Below are positions 25,286 to 37,940 of a stretch of 64,000 bases of DNA, in pieces. The DNA comes from Octopus vulgaris (taxonomy: Eukaryota), in NCBI GenBank assembly GCA_951406725.2, contig OX597818.1:806001-870000 (forward strand), given 5' to 3'. The stretch's first letter is position 1. Each line of letters starts with the position of its first letter. Both the position numbers and the translations under genes were made by a program. The notes under the pieces are model-generated. The model ran no database searches. It saw only the letters and a list, made by a program, of their open reading frames with translations, and had not been told where the DNA came from.

Positions 25286-26089
25286 TCTCTTGCAAGGTTT
25301 GAACTCAGTGTTTCAGTTCCTGAATTTCAAGAGACAGAACAGGACCATTTCTATTTAGGCCACCTTCTTTATGGTGACTGTTTAGTTTATCATTTCAACA
25401 GACTGAGTTCACTGCAGTGAACTCGGTTGTTGAATATTGTATATTCCTCTCACAACAAATGTTTGATCTGATGATTCTGTAATGTTAAGTAACAGTATAG
25501 AAATTTACCCTGGGTACAACACTAGTCTATTGCTAGTGAGCTACAATAGAAAAATTTGCTAAATAAATCAAGGGGTGGGAAGTAGGATAAAAAAATTTTG
25601 CAAAGTAAGACGAACACTTCTTATTCCGAGCTGAGATTCGAAACTGAATCTAAGGATTCTTGCTCAACTGTATAAAAGTTGAGACCATAAAGGCATGTCT
25701 TTTATTCCATAATCCTTTATCTGCTTGCAATCTGTCCCTGACAGACCTCTCCCTAACACCTCCTCCTTCCCCCCACCCATACTCACCACCTGCTGTATTC
25801 CCATCCCATCAATCCCCCACTCTCTTTCACGAATCTTTCTACACACAATACGTTCATGTGGAATCTCTTCCCTGCAGCACATCCTCTCAATATCCACCCA
25901 CCACATGTTCCCATCCAGTCCATTACCTCCCCCCTCCATCTCCCACTCACCTTTCAAAATCTCACAAACTTACCCACCCACTCATCCTCTCCAATCCCCA
26001 ACACACTTCATTATATACCCTCCCCTGTAACTTGGGTGTACACCCATCATAACTTCACCATCTTATCTCTCTCTTTCTACCCAAAGTAG

Positions 26090-26335
26090 CACTGTTTCTC
26101 CTCTACTGCAAGACACCTATTTCTGTTCCTCAACATTACTCTCTCCACCTCAGTTGAAAGGTCTTGTCCTGCAAATTACTTGGCGGCTTCTCTCATGTTG
26201 GTACCATGTAAAAAGCACCCAGAACACTCTGTGGTTGGCATTAGGAAGGGCATCCAGCCATAGAAACCATCCCAAAGCAGATTGTAGACACCTCGATCCA
26301 AACAATGGAGTATGTTAAATGATGATAATGATGAT
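26090..26335 (+). mobile_element. Old RTE-type 3' end
   Basis: atgtaaaaagcaccc...ggttggcattaggaagggcatccagcc...gttaaatgatgat. Confidence 0.75.
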
Positions 26336-26453
26336 GTATGCATATGTATATACATACATATGCATACATATATACACAAGTTCAGTACAAATATAGAGAT
26401 ATATACACATTAAAATAAATAGAAAGACAGATAGATGGACAGATATACATACC

Positions 26454-26539
<86 letters not shown>

Positions 26540-27052
26540 TGTACACATATGGTTTGTGTTTATCAGCTTGTAATAATGAATCCTATATTTTTCTTAATTT
26601 TACACATTTTAGAATTCAATGCTGATGAAAGATAGATATATATTTTTTTTAATATTTATTAAATATCAATTAAGGAAACATATGTACAGAAGTTATTTAA
26701 ATAAATCTTTTTAAATATTTCATTTGAAACAGACAGACAGATAGATAGATAGTATAAAAACTAACAGGAAACAGTATCAGTGATATCTCAATATCTTCAT
26801 TCCTACAATTGTTTCAATAATTCTTACACTATGGAACAGTTATGCAAGATATCTTCAGGAAATAGTCTCCATAGACAAACATGAAGAATATATTATAAAT
26901 TCACTCATATATAGAATGAAAAAAATAAAGAATGAGAACAATTTGGATTTATCCTTAATTCAAGCTGCTGTAACTAACTCACAAATGACTTATGGTAAAG
27001 CTGTCTGTAATGGATAGGAAGACTAATTAGTAATTTCACTCATAATTTAAAG

Positions 27053-29870
27053 AGAAGAATTTCGGGTTGAAGTAGAGGTACACCAGGGCTCGGCCCTCAG
27101 TCCCCTTTTATTCATCATAGTCCTCCAGGCAATAACAGAGGAATTCAAAACAGGTTGCCCCTGGGAGCTCCTCTATGCTGATGACCTGGCCCTCATAGCA
27201 GAATCACTACCGGAACTAAAAAAGAAATTTCGGGTGTGGAAACAAGGGTTAGAATCTAAGGGCCTTAGAGTAAATGTAGCGAAGACCAAAGTTATAGTAT
27301 GCAGAAAGGCGAACTCAGCACACACCCCATTGGGCAGGTGGCCCTGCTCGAGCTGTAAGAAAGGTGTAGGTAGAAACTCCATAAGATGCACCCAGTGTAA
27401 GCTATGGACGCATAAGAGGTGCAGCAACATCAAAGGGAAATTAACTGATAAGATAGCTTTCATGTGCGGCAGATGCATAGGGACAATAGACACCACAGAC
27501 ACTAAAAAAACAGATTCCATCACACTCCAGGGGGAGAAACTAGAAGTAGTTGATAGTTTCCGCTACCTGGGTGACCAAGTTAGTAGTGGGGGTGGATGCA
27601 CAGAGAGTGTCACCACTAGAATACGAATAGCCTGGGTAAAGTTTAGAAACCCCTACTGGCGACAAAGGGTCTCTCACTCAGAGTGAAAGGTAGATTGTAT
27701 GATGCATGTGTGCGAACCGCCATGCTTCACGGCAGTGAATCATGGGCCGTGACTGCAGAGGACATGCGTAGACTTGAAAGAAATGAAGCTAGCATGATCT
27801 GCTGGATGTGTAATGTCAGTGTGAATGCACGACAGAGTGTAAGCACCCTGAGAGAAATGCTAGGCATAAGAAGCATCAGATGCGGTGTGCAAGAGCGACG
27901 CTTGCGATGGTATGGTCATGTACTGCGGATGGATGAGGAGAGATGTGTGAAGAAGTGCCACTCCCGAACAGTTGAAGGAATCAGGGGGAGAGGTAGACCC
28001 AGGAAGACATGGGATGAGGTAGTCAAGCATGACCTCAGAGCGTTGGGCCTCACTGAGGCAATGGCGAAGGACCGAGATCTCTGGAGATGTGCTGTGACTA
28101 CTAAGACCCGAGATGCTTCTGGCACGAGTTCCGCATACCCCCTGCCCATCCAAAGTACCCTGGATCCCGGAACATCTCGCTGTGCTTGAGGAGACCTGTT
28201 GAGTCAAGTGCATATACATATACATATACATATACATGAACATCGACACATGAACATCGAATCAAATATCAATGGAAACAGTTGTTGATTCCTGTGCCGG
28301 GGACACATAAAAAGCACCATCCGAACGTGGCCGTTGCCGTTGCCAGTGCAGCCTCCCCTGGCTCCTGTGCCGGTGGCACATAAAAAGCACCATCCGACCG
28401 TGACCGATGCCAACTCCGCCTCGAATGGCTTCTGTGCTGGTGGCACATGAACATCGAACCAAATATCAATGGAAACAGTAGTTGTGATACCTGTGCCGGT
28501 GACACATATAAAGCACCATCCGAACGTGGCCATTGCCAGTGCAGCCTCCACTGGCTTCTGTGCCAGTGGCACATAAAAAGCACCAACCAATCGTGGGATC
28601 CCGGAACATCTCGCTGTGCTTGAGGAGACCTGGTGAGTCAAGTGCATGTACATGAGAATCGAAACAAATATCAATGGAAACAGTAGTAGTTGTGATACCT
28701 GTGCCGGTGACACATAAAAAGCACCATCCGAACGTGGCCGTTGCCAGTGCAGCCTCCATTGGCTTCTGTGCTGGTGGCACATAAAAAGCTCCATCCGAAC
28801 GTGACCGATGCCAACCCCGCCAGCACCATCCGAACGTGGCCGTTGCCAGTGCAGCCTCCACTGGCTTCTGTGCCGGTGGCACATAAAAAGCACCAACCGA
28901 TCGTGGGATCCCGGAACATCTCGCTGTGCTTGAGGAGACCTGTTGAGTCAAGTGCATGTACAGGTACATGAGAATCGAACCAAATATCAATGGAAACAGT
29001 TGTAGTTGTGATACCTGTGCCGGTGACACAACGCCTCAAATGGCTTCTGTGCCGGTGGCACACACCAACCGATCGTGGGATCCTGGAACATCTCGCTGTG
29101 CTTGAGGAGACCTGGTGAGTCAAGTGCTTGTACTGGAACATCTCACTGTGCATGAGGAGACCTGTTGAGTCAAGTGCATGTACATGTACATGAGAATCGA
29201 ACCAATATCAATGGAAACAGTAGTAGTTGTGATACCTGTGCCGGTGACACATAAAAAGCACCATCCGAACGTGGCCGTTGCCAGTGCAGCCTCCACTGGC
29301 TTCTGTGCCGGTGGCACATAAAAAGCTCCATCCGAACGTGGCCGTTGCCAGTGCAGCCTCCACTGGATTCTGTGCCGGTGGCACATAAAAAGCTCCATCC
29401 GAACGTGACCGTTGCCAACCCCGCCAGCACCATCCGAACGTGGCCGTTGCCAGTGCAGCCTCCACTGGCTTCTGTGCCGGTGGCACATAAAAAGCACCAT
29501 CCGAACGTGACCGATGCCAACCCTGCCCCGAATGGCTTCTGTGCCGGTGGCACATAAAAAAGCACCATCCGAACGTGGCTGATGCCAGCACCGCCTTGAC
29601 TGGCTTCTGTGCCGGTAGCACATAAAAAAGCACCAACCAATCGTGGCTGATGGCAGACCCCTCTGGCACCTGTGCAGGTGGCACGTAAAAAGCACCCACT
29701 ACACTCGCGGAGTGGTTGGCGTTAGGAAGGGCATCCAGCTGTAGAAACACTGCCAGACCAGACTGGAGCCTGGGGCAGCCCCTGGCTCCCCAGACCCCGG
29801 TCGAACCGTCCAACCCGTTCTAGCGCGGAAAACGGACGTTAAACGATGATGATGATGATGATGATGATGA
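27053..29870 (+). mobile_element. RTE LINE, 5'-truncated, with intact PHD-type finger and expanded 3' UTR
   Basis: HQGSALSPLLF, LLYADDLAL, ORFs 27234..27686 and 27683..28189 (one frameshift), (GAT)n tail. Possible decayed TSD tcataat(tta/acg)aaga on both sides. Confidence 0.96.
28130..29660 (+). repeat. Mosaic higher-order tandem array inside the RTE 3' UTR
   Basis: Interleaved modules gcaccatccgaacgtggccgttgccagtgcagcctccactggcttctgtgccggtggcacataaaaa and ggaacatctcgctgtgcttgaggagacctg...atcaatggaaacag. Confidence 0.93.
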
Positions 29871-30029
29871 TTGTCATAATACGAAGACAACATTCTGTAC
29901 TTTATGTGATGATATTTGGTGTCCTGCAGGGATCTGTTCTTGTTCACATGTTTATTGCAAAAATTAGCATATATTAACAAAATAGTTAACTTGAAGCATT
30001 TTACTGAGTTAAAATATGGCAATGACATT

Positions 30030-30800
30030 AAACAGTATTGAGATAAAAAGAATGGATCCTATATATGCTATAGATGTTTCCTGCATTCTGACCTGAACAC
30101 AATGCAGCAATAGATTGCTAACTGACAACTCAAGCTGGTAGTAGACAAATGCACCACTATAGCTTTTTGGGAGAAAAACCTGGAATTTATCTACTCCTTT
30201 TACAACATCAACATTAAGAAGTCTGCAGTTGAATATGACCCAGGCATTATTGTCAACAATGATCTGTATTCGACAAACCACATTTCTAAAATCATCAAAA
30301 TGGCTGAAAGTATTTTAACATCACTCAAGAAGACTTTTGTTAGTCACTCACCTACTATCTGTTTAAAGCTATATGTCCACACTTGCAGATTGTATTTTGA
30401 GTCTAGAACTCTAATCTTGTCCAAGATATCAATCTGTTGGAAGATATCAGAGATGTGCAACTAGATGAATACCCTCCATCTGTCACTTATCATATCTTGA
30501 ATGTTTTTCTTCTCTGGGTATTGATACATTAATGTTTCAACATTTAGCAGCTGCCTTGTTAGAAGCCTCCAAGATAATCCAAATTTGGTTACTTTTGTAT
30601 GCAATATCTCTACTATCTATGGATATGTTTATAAATAAAAATAAAAAACATCACAGTACTCATGACTTTGGAAATATTTTTCATTAAACACAAAATTGTT
30701 GAAGCATGGAATGAAATATTCACTTCAGATGTTAGCTGTCAGGTGACTGCATTCTCCAAAAATTCAATACTTCCTGAAATTCACCACCACTATTTTTGAT
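30030..30800 (+). mobile_element. Old CR1-type LINE 3' fragment
   Basis: Degenerate GIIVNNDL, SKIIK, LKKTFVS, LKLY, DINLLE, RCATR, HLSY. Confidence 0.75.
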
Positions 30801-32289
30801 ATACCTATACACCCTTTACTCTTTATTGCTCTTTTACAGTTCACTTTTCTTTATTTTTGTGCTTTACCCTGTGTACTGTGCATATACTTTTGGCTTTCAT
30901 TGCTGTCTTTTTTAACTAGAATTATTGCTGTTTTGTTCTCTCATATTACCATTTTATCCTTGTAATATATCTGAGCACCTTATACAATAAGATCGTCGTC
31001 GTCGTCATTAAATATTAGAAAACTTTCTGCTGTGATAGAAAATTATAAGTATGTAAACATATTCCTTCTATGTTGTCAGTGAGCGGGAAAAAAAAGAGCA
31101 GGGAAACTTCCAATTCCTCAAAAGGGACATACCAGATTTCCTTTAAATATAACTTTTTAAATTCTGAGTTCAAATTCTCCTGGCAGTCATCTGCTTTACA
31201 TGCTCTTTGGTCAATGAAATAAAGTATCATTATTTACTGGGATCTATTTAATCAATTTATTCTCTGCACATTAAAATCAGAGATCTTGTGTCTGTCTTAG
31301 AAATCAATTTTAGTTTGATAATTTATAAAATAACAGCAAAATCAAATCTAAAACATTTATTTGTTATTTGTCTTTTTTTTTTTTGCATGACCATTCTTTC
31401 AGGGTTTTTGAGACTGGTGAAGGGAAGGAAAGAAGTTCCCTTACCAAAGGCTTGGTCTTGATAATTTTTAACAGAATGAACCCCTTGCAAGGACCAGGTG
31501 GTAATATACTGGGTGAAATGTTAAATCTAACACTCATGAACAGGAATGGTACTTTTATAGAAATTCTTAAGTTTCTATCAACCAAGTTTCATTTTTGTTT
31601 TATTGGAGTTATGGTAGAAAATACTTGTTCAAAGTACCACATAATGAAATTGAATCTATGAAGTTGTGAAACAAACTTCCAAGCTACATAGCTTCTATGC
31701 TAGCAACTATAACAGGTCAGTAACTCTATGTCTGTTTATTTGTATTAATGTGTGTGTGTGTGTATGTGTGTGTGTGTTTGTGTATGTGAGACACAGTAAC
31801 ATCAGAAATTTATCACATATTTTATACCTCAGTTTGTGAACAATACAATCATTGATTCCAAGAATTCCAGTGGATCAATCATTCATTCACTGTGTCTATT
31901 AGTAGCAGTGATACCTATTACATATATGTATATATGTATATGGCTCTCTACGTATGTTGAATATTTTTACATACCTACTTTCAAGGATTGTTCATGTAGT
32001 TTCATATTTGTTGTACTGTTTCTGTTATTAATACCATCATCACTTACCATTTCTTAATTTTTATGAGTCAAAGACCCTGTACTTATGTCAAGAATCAATG
32101 TTTCAGTTTTTATGAAAGAATGACTTTGTAGGTGCAAGAATGACTGTTTATACATTATTTGGTGTGCATTAAGAAATTTACTTCTCAAATACATGTTTTG
32201 GGTTCAGTCCTACTATGTGGCTTTTTGAGCAAATGTCTTCAACAATTACCCTGGGCTGATCAAAGTTTTATGAAAACATACATACATAT

Positions 32290-32585
32290 TATCATCATTT
32301 AGTATCTGTTTTCCATGCTGGCATAGGTTAGACAGTTTAACTGGAACTGGTAAGTCAGAGAGCTGTTCCTGGCTCCAGTCTGTTTTGGCTTGGTTGCCCT
32401 GCATGTCAACCACACTGTAGAGTGTACTGGGTGTCTTTTACATGTCACTGGCACAGGTGCCTTTAATATGTCACTGGCACAGGTGTCTTTAATATGTCAC
32501 TGGCACAGGTGTCTTTAATATGTCACTGGCACAGGTGTCTTTAATATGTCACTGGCACAGGTGTCTTTAATATGTCACTGGCACA
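32290..32585 (-). mobile_element. RTE-type 3' end ending in ~5.5 copies of a 26-bp unit
   Basis: atcatcattt...ttttccatgctggcatagg tail. atgtcactggcacaggtgtctttaat at 32442, 32468, 32494, 32520, 32546 and 32572. Confidence 0.8.
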
Positions 32586-32619
32586 TATACACACAGATAC
32601 TTACATCAGTGCAGGTGTG

Positions 32620-33350
32620 GCACCTATTTAAGGAATTGGCTGTGCATGGTATGCAAAAAAGGAGTTGGCAAAACCTCTACCCAGTGTACTGACACAAATA
32701 GTGGATGCACAACAGATGTAGTGATGCCATAGGCAGACTAACAGCAAATGAAGCCTTCATATGTAGCAGATATGAATGCATTTCATAATTATCACCCCAC
32801 TTGCTTTGAGAAATAGACTCTCTCAACTTGCCTGATGGGTCCCTGGAAGTAGTCAGTAGTTTCTGTTATGTAGGTGATCTAATTGGCAGTGAGGGTTGGT
32901 GCTCCAAAGGCATAGTAACCAGAGCTGCAGAAAGATTAGGGAGCTACTACCTTTGTTGGTAACAAAAAGCCTCTCCCTGAAAGTGAGGGGCAGATTGTAT
33001 GTAAGGTATAATACTACATACAGAATATTTATAAAAACTTGAAAGAAATGAAGTAAGCATGCTTTGATGAAGGTGTAATGCCAGTGTGCATGAATAATGG
33101 ATAGCAAATAACATAAGAGGAAAGCTCAATGCAGTTTACCAGAGAGAAGACTACAGTGGTATTGGCAGATGACAGCTGCATGAAAGTGCTGAGTGCTTGA
33201 TGGGGACTGTGGAAAAAGAAGACTCAGGAAGACTAAGGTAAAACGATGCACATTTGTCCCAAAGTGCTAAACCTCTCAAAAGAGAGCACAAGGGACCATG
33301 GTGATTGGCAACATAAGCTGTGGGAGAAAACCCATATACTCGCAAGCATT
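32620..33350 (+). mobile_element. Old, divergent RTE ORF2 fragment including the PHD-like finger
   Basis: WLCMVCKKGVG..QCT..WMHNRCS..FICSR, LEVVSSFCYVGD, ELLPLLVTKSLSLKVRGRLY. Confidence 0.8.
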
Positions 33351-34299
33351 GCAAAGAGAACATTAAGAAGTAAAAGTAGCTGAGTTGCTCTAATTGCATT
33401 CATCTACTATTACTCTATCCCTACCACTCCTTCCCTCACTGACTCTCTCCCTTTGATTCCCCCACCTTATCATCTCCCTATCCCTGGCATATCCCTACAT
33501 CTCCATGACACTCCTCTTTCTTTCATTGACCTTCTCCCATAGTTTTTCTGGTCCTATTCAAATTCATCTTCAGTTTTTCATACCCCACCTATCAATAATT
33601 CACCCTTTATATGCAGGCTGGTACTGGCTCCTCCCACTCAATCCACTCCACCATCCTTATCACTCTCTCTCACTTTCTCTCTCACTAACACTACTCTTAC
33701 ACTTCCATTATTCACCCCCCCAGTGTCTTCCCTCTTACTCTTTCCACTACTACTCCCATAACAATAAATCTGTTCCTTCATACTTTAATTTCTCTTTAAT
33801 TTCACTTTTCTTTCTTCAATACTTCCTTTCATCATTGAGGGCTCCTTAAGTTACCAAACAGGTAAGGAAGTGACTAAAGAATTGACAAAGGAGTAATTTT
33901 GAATATTCAGTAAGTTGACTGAAGTAGAAGAAATGATGAATTGTAGATAGTAGGAGTGGTGAGATTGTCAGTACACTAACTATAAGCATGGGCATGCCTA
34001 TACATACACACACAAATGACATCTGCACAACAAACAAGTATTCATACATACACCTACAGACTGATCATATGAGTATTTAAATATCTTCTTTCTTCTTTTT
34101 TCCTTTATTTTCTTCATTTTTTTTCTTTCCTGCTCAGTTTCTCTTTAAACTATATATTCAGCCAGTCATTAATAGACTAATATATTGAACCTACTTCCAG
34201 AGGTATTTATTTTGTAAGTGACAAAGCAATTTGTTTTAATGATAAACATTATTTATTATACACAATTCATCCAAATTACTTTTAATAATCCATTTAAGA

Positions 34300-34510
34300 A
34301 AGGCGGTGAGCTGGCAGAATTGTTAGCATGCCAGGCGAAATGTTAAGCAGTATTTCGTCTATCTTTACATTCTAAGTTCAAATTCCACTGAGGTCAACTT
34401 TGCTTTTCATCCTTTTGGGGTCGAAAAATTAAGTACCAGTTGTGTCGATCTAATTGACTAGTCCCCTCCCACCAAATTTGGGGCCTTGTGCCTAGAGTAG
34501 AAAAGAATAA
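34300..34510 (+). mobile_element. Full-length tRNA-derived SINE (second family)
   Basis: aggcggtgagctggcagaa (A-box-like), gttcaaattcc (B-box), body ...ggccttgtgcctagagtagaaaag, AAT tail. Confidence 0.85.
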
Positions 34511-34529
34511 TGCATTTAAGAAGATTCAG

Positions 34530-35290
34530 TCTAATAAAAGTGTTTAAACTTCATTCTTAGGCTATATGTTTTCATCCATACACTATTACATGTACTTATA
34601 ATATATATATATAATAAATGAAAAAATGTATGGTAAATAAACAAACGACATAAGGTATACTGAATGTAAAAACCAACGGGAGACAAACAGAAAGTCTGTA
34701 ATTCTTCATCAGTTATTGACCAATTGGTAATATTCAGTTTCACACTTTTAATGATAAGACTGAGTGCTTCCCAATTGGCAGTGCCAGCAAAAAAATGTTT
34801 TCTTGCAGAGAATTAGAGATGAGAGCAAACAAAGCAAAACAAGCAAAATGACAGAAAGAGCGATTTAGGACGGTGGACAAGGACAAACAGTTGAACAAAA
34901 TACGGCCTTGGAGCGAAGGAGACGAGAATAGTATGTAAAGCTTAGAAAATGTCTTGAAGGATAGAGAACAGAGAGACAGAGAATTTGCAACTGGTCAGCT
35001 ATGTGAAGCAGTGTAAGAAAGGAAGGGAAAGGGGAACAGGCCACTGATCACATGACAGCAGCAGATAGAGGAGAAAGACAACGAGAAAGAGAGTGACGGA
35101 AAAAGAAGGAAAGGGATGAAGGAAAAGGAGAAAGACTAGGAATACAAGAGGGAGAGAGAGAGAAAAAGGAGTAAGTAGAAAGGCTAGAATAGAAGTGAGA
35201 GGGTGAGAGAAAGAAAAGGGGAAAGAATAAAGGTATGAGAGAGAGTCACACGGGTATATAAAAAACTTACTTGTTAATACAAATTAGGTA
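34530..35290 (-). mobile_element. Non-coding Penelope-like terminal unit with intron-like segment
   Basis: Minus strand: caa|GTAAGT at 35270, pyrimidine-rich body, ctctaat...tgcaAG at 34802, then GAAAC-24nt-CTGATGAAG. Same layout as 2489-3220. Confidence 0.5.
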
Positions 35291-35475
35291 TATGTATATA
35301 TGTATATATATATATATAATCAGCCGAAATTGCGAGGATAATCTGGTGCTTGACTGAGGAAAGAAAACTTCGAATGACCTGTCCTTGTTTTCTTTGTATT
35401 GTCTATCTGGATGTTTTGTTGTCCCTTTTTGTTTAATCTTGCTGTCCGGATGTTTTGCATTCTTGTCCAATTTTG

Positions 35476-35532
<57 letters not shown>

Positions 35533-35647
35533 CAGTATAATTTTTAAAGAATGCATGACTTCTGGTAATGCATATGCAATGATACACAGTAATGACTAGA
35601 GCAAAGTGTTCATGACCAGACTACAAGAATTTATATTTCTCTGCATG

Positions 35648-36177
35648 ACATACCTACACATGTGCACCTATCCACCACTGGCTTTGTTTCCTATTAACTT
35701 CCAGAAAAATGGATATTTTTAAATGAAATTTTCTACAAATACCATTCAGAATCTATAGATTATGTCTATATTGAAATTTAATATGAAAAATTTCTTGTAT
35801 AGCATGTACACATAAATCCTGACACACATCACAAATATCTACAAAATGAAACTAAAAATTTCGAAAAATTGTAATGTGTGCCAGTATGTATGTGTATCTA
35901 CAGTTTTTTCAACATTAAATTCTGATATAATCGTAATCTACACACTCTATAAGATATTTGTAGAAAATTTCATGAAAAAATACCTATTCTCATCAAGTGT
36001 GATTTTTTGAAACTCATCTCCCCACTCCACCAGAAAAATTGCTCTACAGCATATTCTAATATAATCAGAATCTACATTATCTGAAGCATATTTGTAGAAA
36101 CTTTCATTAAAAAATATCGATTTTTCTGGAAGTTATGAGGAAACAAATGTGGTAGTGGGCACAATTGTGTAGGTATG
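35648..36177. mobile_element. MITE with long (~120-bp) imperfect TIRs
   Basis: 35648-35765 is approximately the reverse complement of 36060-36177 (taacttccagaaaaat / atttttctggaagtta). Confidence 0.85.
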
Positions 36178-36444
36178 TTGTCATATGTATACTTATGCAT
36201 ATAAACTATAGAAATATATGATACAATGATATCAAATCAAAGTAAAGCAAGCTATCTTAAAGATAGTGTGTCCACACTAGTATATATGTATGTTTGCATC
36301 TATATTGTTCTATGTATGCATTTATGTTTATTTATATTTACCTATTTGGTGAGTGTGTATATATGTGTATGCATGTGCATGTGTGTGAGGACATATAAGA
36401 TCTAATATGTGTGTGTGTGTGTGTGTGTGTGCGTAATGTATGTC

Positions 36445-36830
36445 TCTATATATATACGACTGAGAATGTGTGTCTGTGTGTTTCCCTAAAACTTGAGAAC
36501 TACACAACCAATTTCATTCAAATTTTATGCATGCCTGGGGAGTGTCATCAGCAAAAAATAATTTTAACTTTTTGCCTAGGGCGAGCCCACAGTAATATCA
36601 TATCTTCTCCACTACGATTCCCTAAAACATGAGAACTACACAACCAATTTCATTCAAATTTTACACATGCCTTACTTAGGGGCCATGTAGTTTCATGGGC
36701 AAAAGAAATGTTCAACTTCTTGCCTAGGGCGAGCCCATAACAATATCATATCTTCTCCACTATTTCAGCATTATGTGTTAAAAGTGAAACAAAAACATTT
36801 CTCTATTTTACTTCCCTTTAGCAATAAAAA
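36445..36830 (+). mobile_element. Non-autonomous Helitron/Helentron-associated (DINE-1-like) repeat with internal ~135-bp duplication
   Basis: tgtctg microsatellite plus gagaactacacaaccaatttcattcaaatttt. A second copy lies inverted at 49340-49685. Class assignment is inferred. Confidence 0.6.
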
Positions 36831-37589
36831 TTAGAGATAATAATAACAATTGAATTATATGTAGTAAGTAATAATTAAAATCAAACTAAAGTATAATATA
36901 ATCGTAACATAACAAAAGTAAAAATAGCAATTGGTATAAAATTGCATCAATGACTTAAACTTGAATAAGTGGTTTCACATGAATGGAAATAAATTAAGAA
37001 TAAAATTAGTGTGCAGAAATGGAATAGTCCAGATGAAGCTGTGCACATGCCGTTTACCACGGCTTTTACATTAGATTATCTGCTAATTAGCTTGCATTAA
37101 GTATCTATATGAAGTTTGGCTGTATGTAATGTCTGTTTTCTCGAACAGCCGCTTTTACTGAGTACTGCTGTTGGTTTATTTCTTATAAATAAAGGACTAT
37201 AGCTTCAACTGCGTACTGTTTTTTGATTCACCGTAAGGTTTGTTGTTATTATTATTACTGTTTAACTATTGTTATCACGTTTGTTGTGTTGCATTTGTTA
37301 AATAATTGTAAACTGTAACCCTTTGGGAGAAGGAGCTTTGGTTATTGTTTAAAAATTGAATTGTGTCCCTGTTTGGGGAAATTGACAATATTTTCACTGT
37401 TTATACGGAAGCATTTTTGTTAGAATGTCTTCGATAGAAGAAAGTCCAAAAATGAATTTCGCTGCAGCCGTCGGCAGGCGCGAACTCATTAAAATTAAAA
37501 TGAAAGGAATACAAACCTATTTTGGATTGATCACCGACAAAGACAGTGAATCTAGGATAACACCACCAAACGAAATAAAAAATTAAATT

Positions 37590-37940
37590 AAAGAAAAGAC
37601 TATTGTCTATAAAGTATACAATGTAGAGAAAAAAAAAGATTTGAACACCTGGAGGAAAGCACCATCGAAAAGTGTCTTGTGCGACTATGAAAGATATCAA
37701 GTATCTAACCAGAGGCGGTAAATTCGCCACAATAGAAGCAAAGTTCAAGTCAACGGAGCGTGCAAGGGAGTACTCGACTCGAACCTTGCAAAGTGGAAAT
37801 ATTTTATTTTTACCTTTATATCTGGGACGTAGGATAAAAATTAAAAATGTCCCCCCAGAAGTAGAGGTAGGCTGGATTGTAGCCACACTGCTATACAAGA
37901 GGGAGGACAAGATACAATTGATCGAAATTGCAAGAGACGG
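37590..37940 (+). mobile_element. Possible LINE ORF1 (RRM-like) fragment
   Basis: YLTRGGKFATIEAKF...PLYLGRRIKIKNVPPEV resembles Tx1/L1-type ORF1. Frameshifted and truncated. Confidence 0.4.

Noticed and set aside
28204-29813. Many long overlapping minus-strand ORFs and a CRISPR-like repeat appearance
   Set aside because: They are translations of a stop-poor tandem array in an RTE 3' UTR. There are no unique spacers or cas genes, and the context is eukaryotic.
31015-31661. Short non-repetitive ORFs on both strands (similar case at 60061-60703)
   Set aside because: No motifs and no consistent frame or splice structure.
34300-34390. tRNA gene
   Set aside because: A- and B-box-like motifs belong to a multicopy SINE head, with no cloverleaf.
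35340-35385. CTGAGGA-AAG-aaaa-CTT-CGAAT as a standard type-I hammerhead
   Set aside because: GAAT instead of GAAA and no stem I pairing. Kept only as a possible swapped-core stub.
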